64,000 bases of DNA from an uncultured delta proteobacterium (GCA_963765675.1 CAVXXK010000001.1:64001-128000); one strand, 5' to 3'. Shown: positions 28,445 through 42,682, counted from the stretch's first letter. Notes: a model not told the origin generated them from the sequence alone. Translations and numbers: made by a program.

Positions 28445-30898
28445 ATGTGCGTATCGGGAGGTCCGCACCTGACTGGCCTGGAATTCCGGCGCGTTGGACT
28501 TCCAGTGCCAAGGTCGCCGTCGGCACGGCCCTCAGCAACAAGAGCCGTGTCTGGTTTACGCTCAGCCACGGAATCTTCAACGAGAAATATTACCCTCGCA
28601 TCGACCAAGCCTGCGACCGCGACATGGGGCTGATAGTCACGGCTGGAAAGGATTTCTTCTCCGAGGAGAGAGGCGACTACAAATACTTAGGGGTGGAATG
28701 GCTGGCCGACGGCGTGCCCGCGTTCTGCCTGATTAACACCTGCGGTGAGGGCCCCTATCGCATCGAAAAGCAGATTGTGACCGATCCACGGGGGGACACG
28801 GTCTTGCAGTGTATCGCGCAGCAAGGCGCACTGTCCGATTATCACCTTAATATCCTGGCTCGTGCTGCACCTGGGAAACCACGGCGATGGAGATACCGGT
28901 TGGGTGGGCAAATTTGAAGGAACGCCGCTGCTGTTCGCCCAGCGCAAGGACTGCGCATTAGCGCTGGCCTGTTCTGTTCCATGGACCAAGCGGTCGGCCG
29001 GCTATGTGGGTTCATCAGACGGCTGGCAAGACCTGAAAGCGCACACCCAGCTGACTTGGGAATATATGTGGGCGGAAAACGGCAATGTGGCTCTGGCGGC
29101 CGAGATTGATCTTTCGAAATCGCAAGGAAACTTCGTCTTGGCCCTCGGTTTTGGAGAGGATCCGAACGGAGCAGCAAAGAATGCCATCGCCAGCTTGCGC
29201 GATGGTTTTGACAAGGCGAAGCAAGACTATATTTCCGGCTGGCAGGATTGGATGAAGACGCACGCATCGTTGAAGGAGAGTGAAGGCACTCCAGGCGATC
29301 TTGCCCGAAAAAGTCTCGCCGTCGTGCGCGTCCATGAATCCAAGTATGCGCCGGGCGCACTGATTGCCAGCCTCGCCATTCCTTGGGGATTTAGCAAAGG
29401 CGATGATGATCAGGGTGGTTACCACCTCGTCTGGTCGCGCGACATGGTGGAGACGGCGGGCGGTTTGCTCGCTATCGGTGCGCACGAGGACGTACGCCGA
29501 GTGCTCTCATTTTTGCAGAAAACCCAGCAGCCAAACGGTCACTGGTCTCAAAATATGTGGCTGGATGGCTCGCCCTATTGGAATGGGATCCAAATGGACG
29601 AGACCGCTTTGCCCATTCTTCTGGTGGATTTTGCCTATCGCGAGAAGGCATTGGTGGCGGAGACCGATGTGGCCCGGTTTTGGGAGATGGTGCGGAACGC
29701 TGCCGGATATTTGGTCCGTAATGGTCCGGTGAGTCCGCAGGATCGCTGGGAGGATGATCCCGTCTATTCGCCGTTCACGGTCGGGGCAGAAATCGCCGCG
29801 CTCTTGGCGGCGGCGGATATGGCCGACGCGAATCACGAAGCCGCTATTGCAACCTATCTCCGCGAAATCGCCGACGTCTGGAACACCTCCATCGAACGCT
29901 GGATGTATGCATCCCGCACGGATTGGTGCCGGAAGTTCTACGTTAAAGGCTATTACGTCCGGATCGCTTCGAACGAGACGGGGACAGGCGGGTCGAGTTT
30001 CCAAAAGAGTGTTCACGTCAAGAATGTTGCGGCCGCCGAGGACACCCGAATTGCGAGTCATCTGGTCAGTCCCGATACTCTTGCGTTGGTGCGTTTCGGC
30101 TTGCGCGCTGCCAACGACCCGCGCATTCAGGACACCGCGAAAATCATTGACGCATTGCTCAAGGTGGAAACGCCGTTCGGCTGCACCTGGCTTCGCTACA
30201 ACGACGACGGCTATGGCGAGCATGAAGATGGCGCGCCTTTTGACGGAAGCGGGATTGGCCGCGGGTGGCCCCTGCTCACCGGCGAGAGGGCACACTTCGA
30301 ACTGGCGGCAGGCCGAATCGAAAATGCCGAACGACTTCTGACCGCAATGGAATCCTTCGCCAACGAAGGCGGCTTAATCTCAGAGCAAGTCTGGGACTCT
30401 CCCGACATACCAGAACGCGGACTTCATTTCGGCCGGCCTTCCGGTTCAGCCATGCCGCTGGTGTGGGCACATGCGGAGTATCTCAAGCTGCGACGGTCGC
30501 TGCGCGACGGCCAGCTTTTCGACCAGCCGCCGCAAACGGTACAACGCTATCTCGTAGAGAAAACCATATCCCCGCGGATGGTGTGGCGGTTTAACCACAA
30601 GATTCGGTCTATGCCTGCCGGGAAAATATTGCGCATTGAGACGATGGCGCCTGCCATCATTCATTGGAGTTCCAATAATTGGAACACCGTCCACGAGGCA
30701 ACGACGCACGATGTCGAGTTGGGCATTCACTTCGCCGATCTAACGACCGAAGCGCTTTCCGAAGGCAAGCAGGTCAAATTCACGTTCTACTGGCCGGACG
30801 CTGATCATTGGGAAGGCAAGGACTTCACCGTCCCTGTCGTCTCTTTGCGAGCGGATGTGCCTGCGTCTGCTGATTGGACAGCGACCTATGAAGAATGA
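28445..30898 (+). CDS. Glucan 1,4-alpha-glucosidase/glucoamylase GH15 (frameshifts in the 5' part)
   Basis: WPGIPARWTSSAK, YHLVWSRD, QMDETA, QDRWE and SAMPLVWAHAEY; AAGGAG before the ATG. Confidence 0.88.
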
Positions 30899-30954
30899 CG
30901 CCAACGCACACGAATCCTATCTCAGCGATGAGCCGATCGAATGAAGCAAAGTCT

Positions 30955-31602
30955 ATGAAGAAAGCGGCCGCCATCACTTGCGTGTTTCTGGATATCGGCG
31001 GTGTCTTGCTCACCAACGGATGGGACCATCATGCGCGCAAACGAGCGGCGACGAACTTCAAACTCGAGTGGTCCGAGATGGAGGATCGGCATCACCTAAC
31101 CTTCGCCTCCTACGAAGAGGGAAAGCTCACGCTGGAAGAATATTTGGGTCGGGTGGTCTTTTACCAAAGGCGACCATTCACCCGGGCTCAGTTTCAGCGC
31201 TTCATGTTCGCGCAATCGAAACCTTATCCCGAGATGATCGAGTTGGTCGCTCGGCTCAAGGTAAGGCATCGGCTCAAGATCGGCGTGGTTAGCAACGAAG
31301 CGCGCGAACTGAATGCCTATCGAATTCGAAAGTTCAAATTGGAGGGGTTTGTGGATTTTTTTATTTCCTCCTGCTTCGTGCACGTCCGCAAGCCTGACGC
31401 GGACATTTTTAGGCTTGCGTTGGACGTCGCCCAATTACCAGCCCGGCAGGTCGTCTATATCGAAGACACTCCAATGTTCGTCCAGATCGCGGGAAGTCTG
31501 GGGATTCGAAGCATCCTTCACACGGATTACACGTCGACGTGCGCGAGACTGGCTTCGTTCGGATTACATGCTGGCGAAGGAGTCATCCATGAAGCCGGCT
31601 AG
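30955..31602 (+). CDS. HAD-family phosphatase
   Basis: FLDIGGVL, SNE and RKPD. Confidence 0.85.
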   Translation: MKKAAAITCVFLDIGGVLLTNGWDHHARKRAATNFKLEWSEMEDRHHLTFASYEEGKLTLEEYLGRVVFYQRRPFTRAQFQRFMFAQSKPYPEMIELVARLKVRHRLKIGVVSNEARELNAYRIRKFKLEGFVDFFISSCFVHVRKPDADIFRLALDVAQLPARQVVYIEDTPMFVQIAGSLGIRSILHTDYTSTCARLASFGLHAGEGVIHEAG

Positions 31603-31751
31603 CTCACACATTCTAACGATCAATGGCGGCTCATCGAGCATCAAATTCGCCTTGTTTGAAGTTGGCGAGCCGCTACGGCGTCCGGGTCATTCATACGAAT
31701 GAAGACCTCATGATCGCCAAGACCGTTTGCAGCGTTCTTGGCCTCAGCTGA
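31589..31751 (+). pseudogene. ackA: Acetate kinase with a large internal deletion
   Basis: N-terminus ILTINGGSSSIKFALF joined within ~100 bp to C-terminus RVIHTNEDLMIA. Confidence 0.8.
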
Positions 31752-31767
31752 AAAGGAGAATTGAAAC

Positions 31768-34141
31768 GTGAATACCGAAACTCTTTCCCCGGAACTATTG
31801 CACAAGATCGATGCTTACTGGCGCGCCGCCAACTATATCTCGGTCGGTCAGATTTATCTCTACGACAATCCGTTGTTGAAGGAGCCACTCAAACTGTCGC
31901 ACGTGAAGCCGCTGGTGGTCGGACATTGGGGCACCGTGCCAGGCCAGAATTTCATCTACGTGCATCTGAACCGGGTCATCAAGAAATATGACCTGAATAT
32001 GTTCTACGTCGCGGGCCCGGGCCACGGTGGCGCGGCATTGGTGGGGAACGTCTATCTCGAGGGCACCTGGAGCGAGATCTATCCGAACGTCACTCAGGAC
32101 GAGGCCGGGATGAAAGAGCTGTTCAAGCAATTTTCGTTTCCAGGCGGGATCTCCAGCCACGTTGCGCCGACGACGCCGGGCTCGATTCACGAAGGTGGCG
32201 AGTTGGGATATTCGCTCAGCCATGCTTTTGGCGCCGCGTTCGACAATCCTGATCTGATCGTCGCCTGCATAATCGGTGACGGTGAGGCGGAAACCGGTCC
32301 GCTCGCGACCTCATGGCAGTCCAACAAGTTTCTCGACCCAATAACCGACGGAGCTGTGCTGCCGATCCTGCATCTCAATGGCTACAAGATCAGCAACCCG
32401 ACCGTGCTCGCCCGCATCGAGCACGAAGAGTTAGAGCAATTTCTACGCGGCTGTGGCTGGACGCCCTACTTTGTGGAAGGTGACGAGCCGGAAAAGATGC
32501 ATCAACTCATGGCCGCCACCATGGAAAAGGCCATCGAAGATATCCGACAAATCCAAAGCGACGCGCGCAAGAAGAACGACACCACTCGGCGACGTTGGCC
32601 AATGATCGTCCTTAAGTCACCTAAAGGCTGGACCGGTCCGAAATTCGTCGACGGCTTGCAAATCGAGGGTACCTTCCGCTCCCACCAGGTGCCCCTGCTG
32701 GTGGATCCCGAGCATCCCGACCATGTCAAGCTGCTTGAAAGCTGGATGAAAAGCTACCGGGCCGAGGAGTTGTTCGACGAGCGTGGCCGTCTCATGCCTG
32801 AATTGGCCGAGCTGGCGCCTAAGGGAGAGCGGCGGATGGGCGCCAACCCGCACGCCAACGGCGGCATTCTGCTGCACGACCTGCGTATGCCGGATTTCCA
32901 CGAGCATGCGGTGCACGTGCCTTCGCCCGGCGCCGTCAGCGGCCAGGATACGCTCGTGCTTGGCAGTTTTCTGCGCGATGTGGCCAAGCTGAATCAGGAT
33001 AAGCGCAATTTCCGTGTCTTCGGCCCCGATGAGACACTGTCGAATTTGTTGGGTGCGGTGTTCGAAGTCACCGACCGTCAGTGGGACGCTCGCAAAGTTA
33101 ACAATGACGAATTCCTCGCGCCCGCTGGACGCGTGCTGGACTCAATGCTCAGCGAGCATCAGTGCGAGGGTTGGTTGGAAGGATATCTACTGACCGGAAG
33201 GCATGGGCTCTTCAACAGCTATGAAGCCTTCATTCGCATCATCGACTCGATGTTCAGCCAGCACGCCAAGTGGCTCAAGGTGACGCTGGAACTGCCCTGG
33301 CGGCGGAAGATCTCGTCGCTGAACTATCTGCTCGCCTCTCACGTATGGCAGCAGGATCACAATGGCTTCACGCACCAAGACCCAGGTTTCCTCGACCACG
33401 TGATCAACAAGAAGGCCGATATCGTGCGCGTCTATTTACCACCCGACGCGAACTGTCTGCTATCGGTTTTCGATCACTGCCTGCGCAGCCGGGATTACGT
33501 CAACGTAGTGGTGGCCGGCAAGCACGCGCTTCCCCAATGGTTGACCATGGATGAGGCGGTCGTGCATTGCACCGAAGGAATTGGCATCTGGCAATGGGCC
33601 AGCAACGATCAGGGCTCCGAGCCGGACGTGGTAATGGCCTGTTGTGGCGATACGCCCACGCTGGAGATCCTGGCCGCTGTTTCTATCCTTCGCAAACATC
33701 TGCCTGAACTGAAAATCCGGGTGATAAATGTGGTCGATCTCATGAAGCTGCAGCCCGCCGCAGAGCACCCTCACGGTCTGAACGAGAGAGATTACGACTC
33801 ACTCTTCACCAGGGACAAGCACATCATCTTTGGCTTCCATGGATACCCATGGCTGGTCCATCGCCTGACCTACCGCAGTACCAACCGCAACCTTCACGTC
33901 CGGGGCTACAAGGAAGAGGGCACGATTACGACGGCCTTCGACATGAGGGTCCAGAATGACCTTGATCGATTTCACCTGGTGCAGGATGTGGTGGATCGGC
34001 TACCGCATTTGGGCGCCAAGGGAAGATACCTGAAGCAGATGATGCAGGAGAAGCTCATCGAGCACAAGCATTACATTGACCAGTACGGTCAGGATCTGCC
34101 GGAGATTCGTAACTGGAAATGGGGTCGCGGCGAAACAAAAA
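31768..34141 (+). CDS. xfp: Xylulose-5-P/fructose-6-P phosphoketolase (stop obscured by homopolymer artefact)
   Basis: [38 protein letters not shown] and the C-terminal PEIRNWKW. Confidence 0.96.
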
Positions 34142-35351
<1,210 letters not shown>

Positions 35352-35442
35352 CAGAAAGAGAAACTGCTGGCAGGAACGGACGGAAAAGCGGAAGCGAACA
35401 TCGAGCACAACTTGTCCTGAAACGAACCCAAAGGAGGCCGAA

Positions 35443-35805
35443 ATGCCCGATCAACTCAATGAAGAAAACGGCGGAAAGATTCTCGCCGTTCGCGTCAGCG
35501 GGAAGCTGGTAAAGGCGGATTACGAGTACTGTGTGCCCGAGTTCGAGCGGCTCATCCGGCAACACGGAAAATTACGCGTGCTGTTCGATCTGACCGGTTT
35601 CCACGGCTGGGAAGCTGGCGCTCTGTGGGACGAAATCAAGTTCGACATTAAACACTTTGCCGATATCGAACGGATCGCAGTCGTCGGGGATAAGAAGTGG
35701 CAGCACGGCATGGCAACATTCTTCAAACCATTTACGAAAGCGACGACCCAATACTTCGATCATGCCGACGCCATTGAGGCGCGGAAGTGGTTGGGAGAAG
35801 CGTAG
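35443..35805 (+). CDS. SpoIIAA-like (STAS/SEC14) protein
   Basis: AAGGAGG RBS; VSGKL...[10 protein letters not shown] and ERIAVVGD..W. Confidence 0.85.
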   Translation: MPDQLNEENGGKILAVRVSGKLVKADYEYCVPEFERLIRQHGKLRVLFDLTGFHGWEAGALWDEIKFDIKHFADIERIAVVGDKKWQHGMATFFKPFTKATTQYFDHADAIEARKWLGEA

Positions 35806-35909
35806 CCGCTTCAAACCGGGCCATCAAGCACACGCAGTCCCCCGACAAACACAGGCAGGACGAGATAGTGATGTCCCGGCGGCTTACGCAATCAAAGGAA
35901 CCATCGGAA

Positions 35910-36980
35910 ATGAATACGCAAGTGCTTATCGACACCGCGCAAGCGTTGGTCGCCGGCGACAAAGGTTTGCTGGCGATGGATGAAAGTAATCCAACCTGCA
36001 ACAAACGATTTGCCAGGGTGGAAATTCCCCAGACCGAAGAGGCCAGGCGCGCCTTCCGAGAATTGCTAGTGACCACACCGGGTCTCGGCGAGTCTATTAG
36101 TGGCGCGATCCTATACGACGAGACGATCCGCCAGCGGAAGAAAGATGGCACTCCGTTTGTCCAAGTCCTCACCGATGCGGGAATCATTCCGGGAATCAAA
36201 GTTGACACCGGCGCAAAGCCCTTGGCAGGACATTCAGGCGAGAAAATGACCGAATGGTTTGGATGGTGGCGTGACTGCTTGGCTGAATACTTTCGCATCG
36301 TCGTTTGGTTCGTCAAATGGCGCGCAAGTGATTACCATTGGCGATGGGAATCCCGAGTTTGGGCCGCATTTATGCCAAACGTATATGCTCTTGGGCTTGT
36401 TATGCGACGAATGTAAAAAGAAACCGGACTGGTCCCTGCCGTCGAGCCGGAAGTGCTCATGGCCGGTGAACAATTTTGGACCGATGCCGAGGGGTGACGG
36501 AGGACGTCCTGCGAACGGTTTTCAACCAACTGAATGCTCAACGCGTGATTCTGGAAGGTATGATCCTCAAACCCAACATGGTGCTTCCGGGATTGGACTG
36601 CCCGAGGCAAGAAGCGGTGGATGAGGTGGCCGACGCCACCGTGAAGTGTCTCCTGCGCTCGTTCCCGCCGCTGTGCCAGGGATTGCGTTCTTGTCGGGCG
36701 GGCAATCCGGTGAGCTGGCTTCGGCGCGTTTGAATGCCATGAACGTTCGATTCAAGTCGCGACTTCCGTGGGCGTTGGCGTTTTCGTTTGCCCGCGCCAT
36801 CCAGCAATCGGCCTTAAGATTTGGCAAGGCAAGGAGGTCCAGATAATTGCGGCACAGCAAGCTCTGTATCATCGAGCCAGTTGCGACCGGGCTGCGCGCC
36901 GTGGCGAATACAGCTCGGCAATGGACAAGGACATTCGCGCACGGCAAGTATCCCGCAACTCGCGAGACCCACGGCATAGC
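35910..36980 (+). CDS. Class I fructose-bisphosphate aldolase (multiple frameshifts; end approximate)
   Basis: [35 protein letters not shown] and FSFARA. Confidence 0.85.
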
Positions 36981-37047
36981 AAAAGACAGACTTACTCGCG
37001 TCCTTTGCGAGTCCTGAGCGAACCCGATGACCGGGAAACCCAAGCAT

Positions 37048-37593
37048 CATGTAGTCTCCTATCTGGGATTCGCCGCGTGGGTTGCCTATGGCGTTTTGGG
37101 CGCAGCGGAGATTGGAGAACGGCAGCCGGCGCAGGGTTGGTGATCATGCTGGCGATCGTTGCGCTAGAGATTCGTACCCGAAGCGTCAAGATAATCGATT
37201 GCACTTCGCTCGCCTTTTTCCTCCTTGCGATTGTCGAGCTCACCACCATTCGTGAAGGGTATTTCATTCGCTACCAGACCATCTTCGGATGGGGCTTATT
37301 CGCGGTAGCCGCATGGGTAACAATGATTATAGGAGTTCCCTTCAGGCTTCAGTACGCTCAAGAGAGAGCGCCTCATGAGTTGTGGGACAAGCCATTGTTT
37401 CGCAGGGTTCATTTTCGTCTCAGTGTCGCATGGGCGGTTATCTTCACAGTCGATACCATTTTGGCAGCTATCGCACTGGTATCGGACACCGATTGCTGCT
37501 GGTCGTGATCGTACCGGTCGCGAGCTGGTTCTGGGCTTCTTATTGACCGTGCTCTATCCGGCATACTACCGCCGCGAGTCGGCGCACAAATGA
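37048..37593 (+). CDS. Hypothetical membrane protein (frameshifted)
   Basis: Several TM segments; PF.LQYA.E..P..LW..P.F motif. Confidence 0.5.
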
Positions 37594-37815
37594 CAAAGAG
37601 GTCCCTTCCTGGCGGCGATGGTCATGATTGTGCTCAGCGGCGCGAACTGAATGTCGGATTTTCTCGCAACCGCGATGATGCGCGTTCCTCCGAAAGCTAT
37701 TTTGATTCGGTCATTCTCAACGACAAGGCCGGTTTGTCATGGGACTCTCATTGCGCCGTGCTCAAAGTGTCGAATTGAGAGCACGTTGCGACAGATTGGC
37801 GTACTGATTTACAAA

Positions 37816-38643
37816 TTAACTCGTTTGCGCCCGAAGGATGAGTGCGAACGAATCAGCCTTTAGGGACGCCCCACCGACCAGAGCACCGTCAATGTCGGGC
37901 TTCGAGATTAGGGAGTCAACATTTTCGTCGTTGACGCTTCCGCCGTACAAAATCCTGACCCTTTGCGCATCATCGCGGCCGAAACGTTGGCTGAAAGCGG
38001 CGCGGACGGCGCCGTGAATCGATTCGGCCTCTTCCGGCGTCGCCGTGCTGCCGGTTCCGATCGCCCATAACGGCTCGTAAGCCATCACTACCCCTCTCAC
38101 CTGCTCGGCCGTTAACTCTCCAAGGGCGCCTTCCATCTGGCGCAAGATGATTTCCAACACGCGACCGGCGTCGTGCTCCTGCTTGGTTTCGCCTATGCAC
38201 AGGATCGGGACGAGCCCATGCAACAGCGCCGCGCGTACCTTCTTCTTAATCAAGTCGTCGTTTTCACCGAAGATATGCCTGCGCTCGGAGTGCCCAACGA
38301 TTACGTGCGTTACGCCGAACGACTTAAGCATCAACGGAGAAATCTCACCGGTGAACGCGCCCTTCTCTTCGTAATACATATTCTGCGCGCCAAGCTTGAT
38401 CGGCGAACCCTTGAGCGCTTCAGCAACCGCGGAAATGAGGTTCGCCGGCGGCGCGATCATTACCTCGCGGTCACGCAGCAACCAATTTGCGTCGCGTTCG
38501 ATATCGTCGCGGACTGCGGTAATAAGGGCCCACGCCTCCGGCGGCCTCAGGTGCATCTTCGAGTTAGCCGCGAGGAGCTTTTTTCGCAGCGCGGGTGAAC
38601 GTCGGTCCTTGCATTCTCTGAAGCTTCGATATTTGTGAACCAA
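37816..38643 (-). CDS. tpiA: Triosephosphate isomerase (start uncertain)
   Basis: AAN.KM, GAFTGEIS, GHSERR, AYEPLWAIGTG, YGGSV and LVGGASL. Confidence 0.93.
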   Translation of the reverse strand: MVHKYRSFRECKDRRSPALRKKLLAANSKMHLRPPEAWALITAVRDDIERDANWLLRDREVMIAPPANLISAVAEALKGSPIKLGAQNMYYEEKGAFTGEISPLMLKSFGVTHVIVGHSERRHIFGENDDLIKKKVRAALLHGLVPILCIGETKQEHDAGRVLEIILRQMEGALGELTAEQVRGVVMAYEPLWAIGTGSTATPEEAESIHGAVRAAFSQRFGRDDAQRVRILYGGSVNDENVDSLISKPDIDGALVGGASLKADSFALILRAQTS

Positions 38644-38832
38644 CCCTGTTTGGCAGGAGCAAAATAATATCTGTAACCCGCGGCCCTACCTGTTCCGGCA
38701 CCTTTAACGCATCGGCCCGATAATTCTTTCTTGAGGCACGGTTCTTATTTCAGATCCGCGTTCTGGTAGCGCTGAGTTCTTAACTGGTGAGTTACTGCTA
38801 CGTGGCTGAGTCCTGGGCCGAAGGCCTTAAGG

Positions 38833-39381
38833 CTATTTAGCCGGAAGCTCGGAACGTTCTTCGCTTTTGGTCCCGTGCAATGCCAGCTCCGTGGGGTGCG
38901 TAGTCTGTATGATGTCCTTGGCCTTGGCGACTTCGGCTGCGGTGCCATGGGCTAGGACAATAAACTTGTCAGCCTTGAGCGCCGACTCGTATTTCAGGAC
39001 ACTGTCTCGAGGGATACCGATGCTGTATAGCCCCGCGCCGACCGCAGTTAAGCCGCCCACCACCACCGCGCCTTCAAGAGCGCCGACAATCCACGCAACG
39101 AGAGGACCAGCCACCAACACCGGCCCGATTCCCGGAATAGCGAAGAACGCGGCTCCGAATAAAAATCCCCAGAAGCCTCCCCAAAAAGCTCCGACTTTGC
39201 CCCAGTACTTCATGCGATTGCCGGTGTTGTAGTAACCGGTAACGTCTTCTTCGGAGTGATAATCCTTTCCGACGATTGACAGTTTTCTCATGTCAAATCC
39301 GGACTTCTGAAGACTCTTCACCGCATCTTCTGCTTGAGAGTGTGTGTCGTAGATAGCTACAACTGAGTTTGTTTTCGTCAT
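38833..39381 (-). CDS. General stress protein/DUF1269-like membrane protein
   Basis: VVAIYDTHSQAEDAVKSL and a glycine-zipper IPGIGPVLVAGPL. Confidence 0.75.
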   Translation of the reverse strand: MTKTNSVVAIYDTHSQAEDAVKSLQKSGFDMRKLSIVGKDYHSEEDVTGYYNTGNRMKYWGKVGAFWGGFWGFLFGAAFFAIPGIGPVLVAGPLVAWIVGALEGAVVVGGLTAVGAGLYSIGIPRDSVLKYESALKADKFIVLAHGTAAEVAKAKDIIQTTHPTELALHGTKSEERSELPAK

Positions 39382-40151
39382 GACTTAGGCTGCTCCCTAT
39401 AGTACCAGGATGAGTGACTATTTGTTGTGTGTTGTCGGCGTTCAGTACTCAACCGGCCCGACTCTATTTGTTGAGAAACGGCTCTCCACGTCGAAGTGTG
39501 AGGACCAGACTAGCTATTTCCTAAGGACTTCTCTCTGAGTGCCAAAAACGCTCACGTACTTTTGTAGCCTCAAAAGAGAGGATCAACAATGCCATTAAAC
39601 CGCACGACAAATTTAGAGCGTTTCCTACTCGTATCCGGTTGATTCGATCAGGTATCTATTCTCGCCCTATTGTCGCATCTCGCAGGCGGGTCTCATTCCT
39701 CAACGATCTTTGACCGCCTTCGCTCGCAACCTCTCGCTTAGGCGCACCACAAATGCAGTAGTTGCTATAGGTTGAAAGGTCTTTCCCCAATCGGCCCCGA
39801 CCGGCGAAGAACTGAGAAGTTTAGACAGTTTTGCTTTCATTGACCGATGACCTATTCCACTGAAGAGTGTGTGGCGAGTGTCATCCGACGCCACAGCCAA
39901 AAGGCTTCCACCGCGTATTTTAACCTGAGCGAGCATAAGGGCGCATCAAGCTGAGAGCACGACCGGTTATCTGGAGAACAGACCACGCCGATCTCGGGGC
40001 TGGGCGGACCAGCGAATCTGTTAGGATCAAACGACATAGCGTCCACTATACGAATCTCCGAAACTCGGGAATTTCTAGTAGAACGTTAAACATATCCCTC
40101 TTTGCGGTTCTTCGCAGATGCTGAGTTGGACGCCGCAGGACGGGGAACAAA

Positions 40152-40504
40152 ATGTCGGCCAGGGTTGCGATCAATGGATTTGTTTGCGAAGGCCACAGAT
40201 TCGTCCGAATTGCGCGCACCATTCGGACCCCGAATTGGTCGCAGTAAATGCAGCGTTGAACGCGTGCTTCAGGTCGCGCGGTGAGACCGCCATCGCCGAG
40301 GAAGTGCTTTCGGCCTTTGTTTGCAAAATCGGAGGCCGTCAAGAAAAGGACTACTCGCCACCGAGGAAGCGACTAATGTACGTGTCTCGTTCAAACGCGC
40401 TAGTGCTCTTCGGGGTGACGGGCAATGTCGCGCGTATGATGATCTTTCGCGCGCTCTATGCGATGGTCGCACCCGAGCAGCTTCTCAAACTGACCTCCAA
40501 GTGA
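40152..40504 (+). pseudogene. Collapsed gap-gnd-zwf remnants
   Basis: MSARVAINGF (GAPDH N-term), FRSRGE..IAEEVLSA...IGGRQEK (6PGD C-term) and ALVLFGVTGNVA..MIF.ALYAM (G6PD N-term). Confidence 0.6.
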
Positions 40505-40508
40505 ACGA

Positions 40509-41804
40509 ATGGCCGGCGCGAAATCAATCGGCGACGCTGAGCTGGAAAGGCTTCAGCGCAATCGTTCAGTTACTTTCTGCATGAGACGAATCCGGACAAC
40601 GGGCTGGTAATCGATAAGACCGCGGCGAATTGGCCTGCCAGCATTGCCGCTACCGGCTTCGCGTTTGCGGCTTATCCAGTGGCTGTCGAGCGCGGATTGA
40701 TGCCGCGTGCCGCCGCGGTGGAACGAACGCTAGCCACGCTGCGTTTTTTCTGGAACAGCCCACAGGGCCCCGAGCCCGATGCGACCGGGTACCAAGGCCT
40801 TTACTATCATTTTCTCGACATGCGAACCGGCCGGCGCGCCTGGCAATGTGAACTATCAACAATAGATAGCGCTTTCTGCTGGCGGGGCGTTGACGGCGGG
40901 AGTCTATTTCGACGCGGACACCTCCGACGAGCACGAAATCCGCACGCTCGCTGACCAGCTCTATCGCCGCGCGGATTGGCAATGGGCGCAAAACCAAGGC
41001 GCAACGCTTACCCACGGTTGGAAGCCCGAGAGCGGATTTCTCGAATACCGCTGGGCAGGTTACGACGAAGCGATGGTGCTGTATGTCCTGGCAATGGGCT
41101 CGCCCACCCATCCGCTGCCCGAGAGCTCCTACGCGGCATGGGTTTCGACTTACCGATGGCGACAATGTTACGGATACGAATATCTTTACGCCGGGCCTTT
41201 GTTCACCCATCAACTCTCCCACGTCTGGATTGACTTTCGCGGCATTCAGGATGCGTTCATGCGCGTCAAAGGCATCGATTATTTCGAGAACAGCCGTCGT
41301 GCGACCTACGTCCAACAACAGTACGCGATAGACAACCCACTCAAGTTCACCGGCTATAGCCGCCATTGCTGGGGAATTACTGCGAGCGACGGCCCCGGCG
41401 GCGAGACGATCAAGGTGCGCGGCATCGAGCGCCAATTCTTCGATTACCTGGGACGAGGCGTGCCGTATGGGCCCGACGACGGTACCATCGCGCCGTGGGC
41501 GGTAGTAACATCGCTGCCATTCGCGCCCGAGATCGTGCTGCCCACAATCGACTATTATATCAACCAAATTAAATTAACCGCGCACAACCCTTACGGCTTC
41601 AAGGCGACTTTCAACCCGACCTATCCGGTAAAATCCAGCAATTCCTGTGGCTGGGTATCACCATGGCATTATGGTCTTAATCAAGGACCGATCGTCTTAA
41701 TGATCGAAAACTATCGTACCGGCTTATTGTGGCGATTGACGCGCGACTGCCCTTACATCGCTGTCGGATTGCGGCGAGCTGGTTTTGCCGGGGGTTGGTT
41801 GTGA
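40509..41804 (+). CDS. Glucoamylase-family/GH144-like glycosidase (frameshifts in the 5' part)
   Basis: YF.HETNP.NGLV.D, ASIAATGF, GLYYHFLD, GWKPE, AGPLFTHQ, WGITASDGP and DGTIAP. Confidence 0.8.
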
Positions 41805-41925
41805 AACCTGTACATATTGATATAACGGCCTTCCTCCGCGACCGCGAGATGCGTAAGCCGCATGGCCTAGCACCCTCGCGTCGCATTTCGAGGTTTCTCC
41901 GGCGGACCGCGACAGGAGGTGCCGG

Positions 41926-42564
41926 TTGCGAAGATTGAATCACCCGATCAAAGATAATTCTCTCTCGATTGTGCTGTTCGGGCTCTTCGCGATATGCATT
42001 TCCGTGCAAAGTGTTGTTGGCTGGCGGCTGCAAAACGAGACGCTTGTGGCGCACGCGCAGGCGTTGATCGGCTATTGGCATTTTCTTGCAACCGGGGCGT
42101 TCCTGGAGGGGCTCGCTTCTAATTGGCAGGCGGCCGTCCTGCAGCTTGGCTCGCTGATCATATTCAGCAGCTTCTTATATCAGCGCGGCGCGCCGCATTC
42201 CCGCGATCCGGGCAAAGCGAAACGTAAACACACCCGACGCGAAGCCCTTCGCTTCAGTTGGTTGTACCGCAATTCGCTGTTGGTAGCGTTTTTTCTGCTG
42301 TTTGTGCTCGCGCTCGCTCTGCATATAGTTTTCGGCACTAAAGCTTACAACGAGCAACGTGCGCTCGCGGGCCAATCGCCGATCTCGATCGCGGCGTTTT
42401 TGCGCTCGGCTAAATTCTGGTCGACAACCCTGGAAACCTGGCAGGCGGAATATCTGGTGATCACGCTCTATGTCGTGCTCACAATCTTTCTGCGTCAGGA
42501 GGACTCGCCGGAATCGAAGCCACTCGAATCCAGAACCGCAACCACCGGCGAGGCGAACAAGTGA
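41926..42564 (+). CDS. DUF6766-like membrane protein
   Basis: Two internal repeats: NSL...F....NWQ and NSL...FW...ETWQAE....LRQ..SPESKP. Confidence 0.65.
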   Translation: MRRLNHPIKDNSLSIVLFGLFAICISVQSVVGWRLQNETLVAHAQALIGYWHFLATGAFLEGLASNWQAAVLQLGSLIIFSSFLYQRGAPHSRDPGKAKRKHTRREALRFSWLYRNSLLVAFFLLFVLALALHIVFGTKAYNEQRALAGQSPISIAAFLRSAKFWSTTLETWQAEYLVITLYVVLTIFLRQEDSPESKPLESRTATTGEANK

Positions 42565-42682
42565 GTACCGCGCTGTCCCCTGCCACCACGCGGAAATTAC
42601 CTCCCGCGTTATCATTGTAAGGTTCTCGGAAGGCCGCCAGCCGGCAACCTTATGAATGGCTCGGGATGCGCACCGACGATGG

